Part shown: piece after piece, positions 14,406 through 15,040 of the stretch
Numbering within the stretch: position 1 is the first letter of the stretch
How the letters are laid out: every line of letters begins with the position of its first letter
Assembly: GCA_016839945.1 (NCBI GenBank)
Contig: JAEOTE010000071.1
Coordinates: 1 to 15,040, forward strand
Reading direction: 5' to 3'
Length of the DNA stretch: 15,040 bases
From: Candidatus Heimdallarchaeota archaeon
GTDB taxonomy: Archaea > Asgardarchaeota > Heimdallarchaeia > Heimdallarchaeales > Heimdallarchaeaceae
Made by a program: the position numbers and the translations under genes
Notes under the pieces: generated by a model
Seen by the model: only the letters and a program-made list of their open reading frames with translations
Database searches by the model: none
What the model was told of the DNA's origin: nothing

Positions 14406-15040
14406 ATGCCTTCAAAAAAAGCAGATGTTTCTATAAAAACTGATGATTTAATCAAGGATTTTCAAATACCCAAAGGTGAGGATGTTAAGGTTTTAACTGG
14501 AGTTAATATGGAAGTTAAAGCTGGTGAATTTATAGCAGTAATGGGACCATCAGGAAGTGGAAAATCAACTTTACTTAATATTTTGGCGACATTAGAACCT
14601 TTAACTGCAGGAGAGGTAGTAATTGGAAATTTCAATTTAGAAGACACTTCTTACAAAGATCAATTAGAAATAAGAAGATCACATTCTTCTGTTGTTTTTC
14701 AGAGCTTTGCATTAATACCATACTTAACAGCTTTAGAAAATGTTAAACTTCCTATGAAATTAAGAAAAATACCTGAAAAAGAAGCTGAAGAAAAAGCAGT
14801 TAAGTACCTTGAATCTGTTGGATTGTATGGAAGACTAAATCATCTCCCAGAGGAGCTCAGTGGGGGGGAACAGCAACGTGTGGCGGTTGCTCGAGCTTTA
14901 GCACATGATCCTAAAATAATCTATGCTGATGAACCTACAGGTAATTTAGACACTTTCACAGGTAGAGAGATTATTCATCTTTTCAAACAATTAGTTAAAG
15001 AAAAAAACATTACAATTATTATGGTCACTCATGATTCTGA
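14406..15040 (+). CDS. ABC transporter ATP-binding protein (LolD/MacB/FtsE-like), truncated by the window edge
   Basis: Not in the ORF track; translated by hand: MPSKKADV... Walker A GPSGSGKST, Q-loop VFQSFAL, signature LSGGEQQRVAVARAL, Walker B/D-loop IIYADEPTGNLD, H-loop MVTHD. TATA-like CTTTTATT at 14374-14381. Confidence 0.95.
   Translation, partial: MPSKKADVSIKTDDLIKDFQIPKGEDVKVLTGVNMEVKAGEFIAVMGPSGSGKSTLLNILATLEPLTAGEVVIGNFNLEDTSYKDQLEIRRSHSSVVFQSFALIPYLTALENVKLPMKLRKIPEKEAEEKAVKYLESVGLYGRLNHLPEELSGGEQQRVAVARALAHDPKIIYADEPTGNLDTFTGREIIHLFKQLVKEKNITIIMVTHDS

Noticed and set aside
12596-14647. ORFs 12596-12778 (+) and 14462-14647 (-)
   Set aside because: Antisense shadows of the MTase-like/helical genes and of the ABC ATPase Walker A region.
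1-15040. CRISPR arrays, tRNA/rRNA, IS elements, integrases, defence systems
   Set aside because: No regularly spaced repeats, GC-rich structured RNA segments or transposase/integrase motifs seen. The MazG-like gene looks like a stand-alone housecleaning enzyme.

Overview
AT-rich, gene-dense archaeal chromosomal window, most likely from an Asgard archaeon (possibly Heimdallarchaeia-like). The evidence is a clear two-domain gelsolin, BRE/TATA boxes about 22-32 nt before several start codons, and GGTGA-type SD sites. I support 16 CDS. Two run off the window edges and are missing from the ORF track: oligoendopeptidase F (<1..1327, -) and a LolD/MacB-type ABC ATPase (14406..>15040, +). Recognisable genes are pepF, tldD-tldE/pmbA, an alpha/beta hydrolase, a ZIP metal transporter, a PAP2 phosphatase, ilvE, a MazG-like pyrophosphatase and the ABC ATPase. 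The most interesting part is 11982-14134: a compact 2-domain gelsolin with a WH2-like LKHF linker, transcribed divergently from an overlapping gene pair. That pair encodes an all-helical 219-aa orphan (faint, unverified Vps28-like resemblance) and a class I methyltransferase fold lacking the SAM-binding motif. Two more apparent pseudoenzymes lie nearby as intact ORFs: an APH/choline-kinase-fold protein with HGD changed to HGG, and a ferritin-like protein missing most di-iron carboxylates. I saw no rRNA, tRNA, CRISPR array or mobile element. All family calls come from reading motifs by eye, not from database searches.
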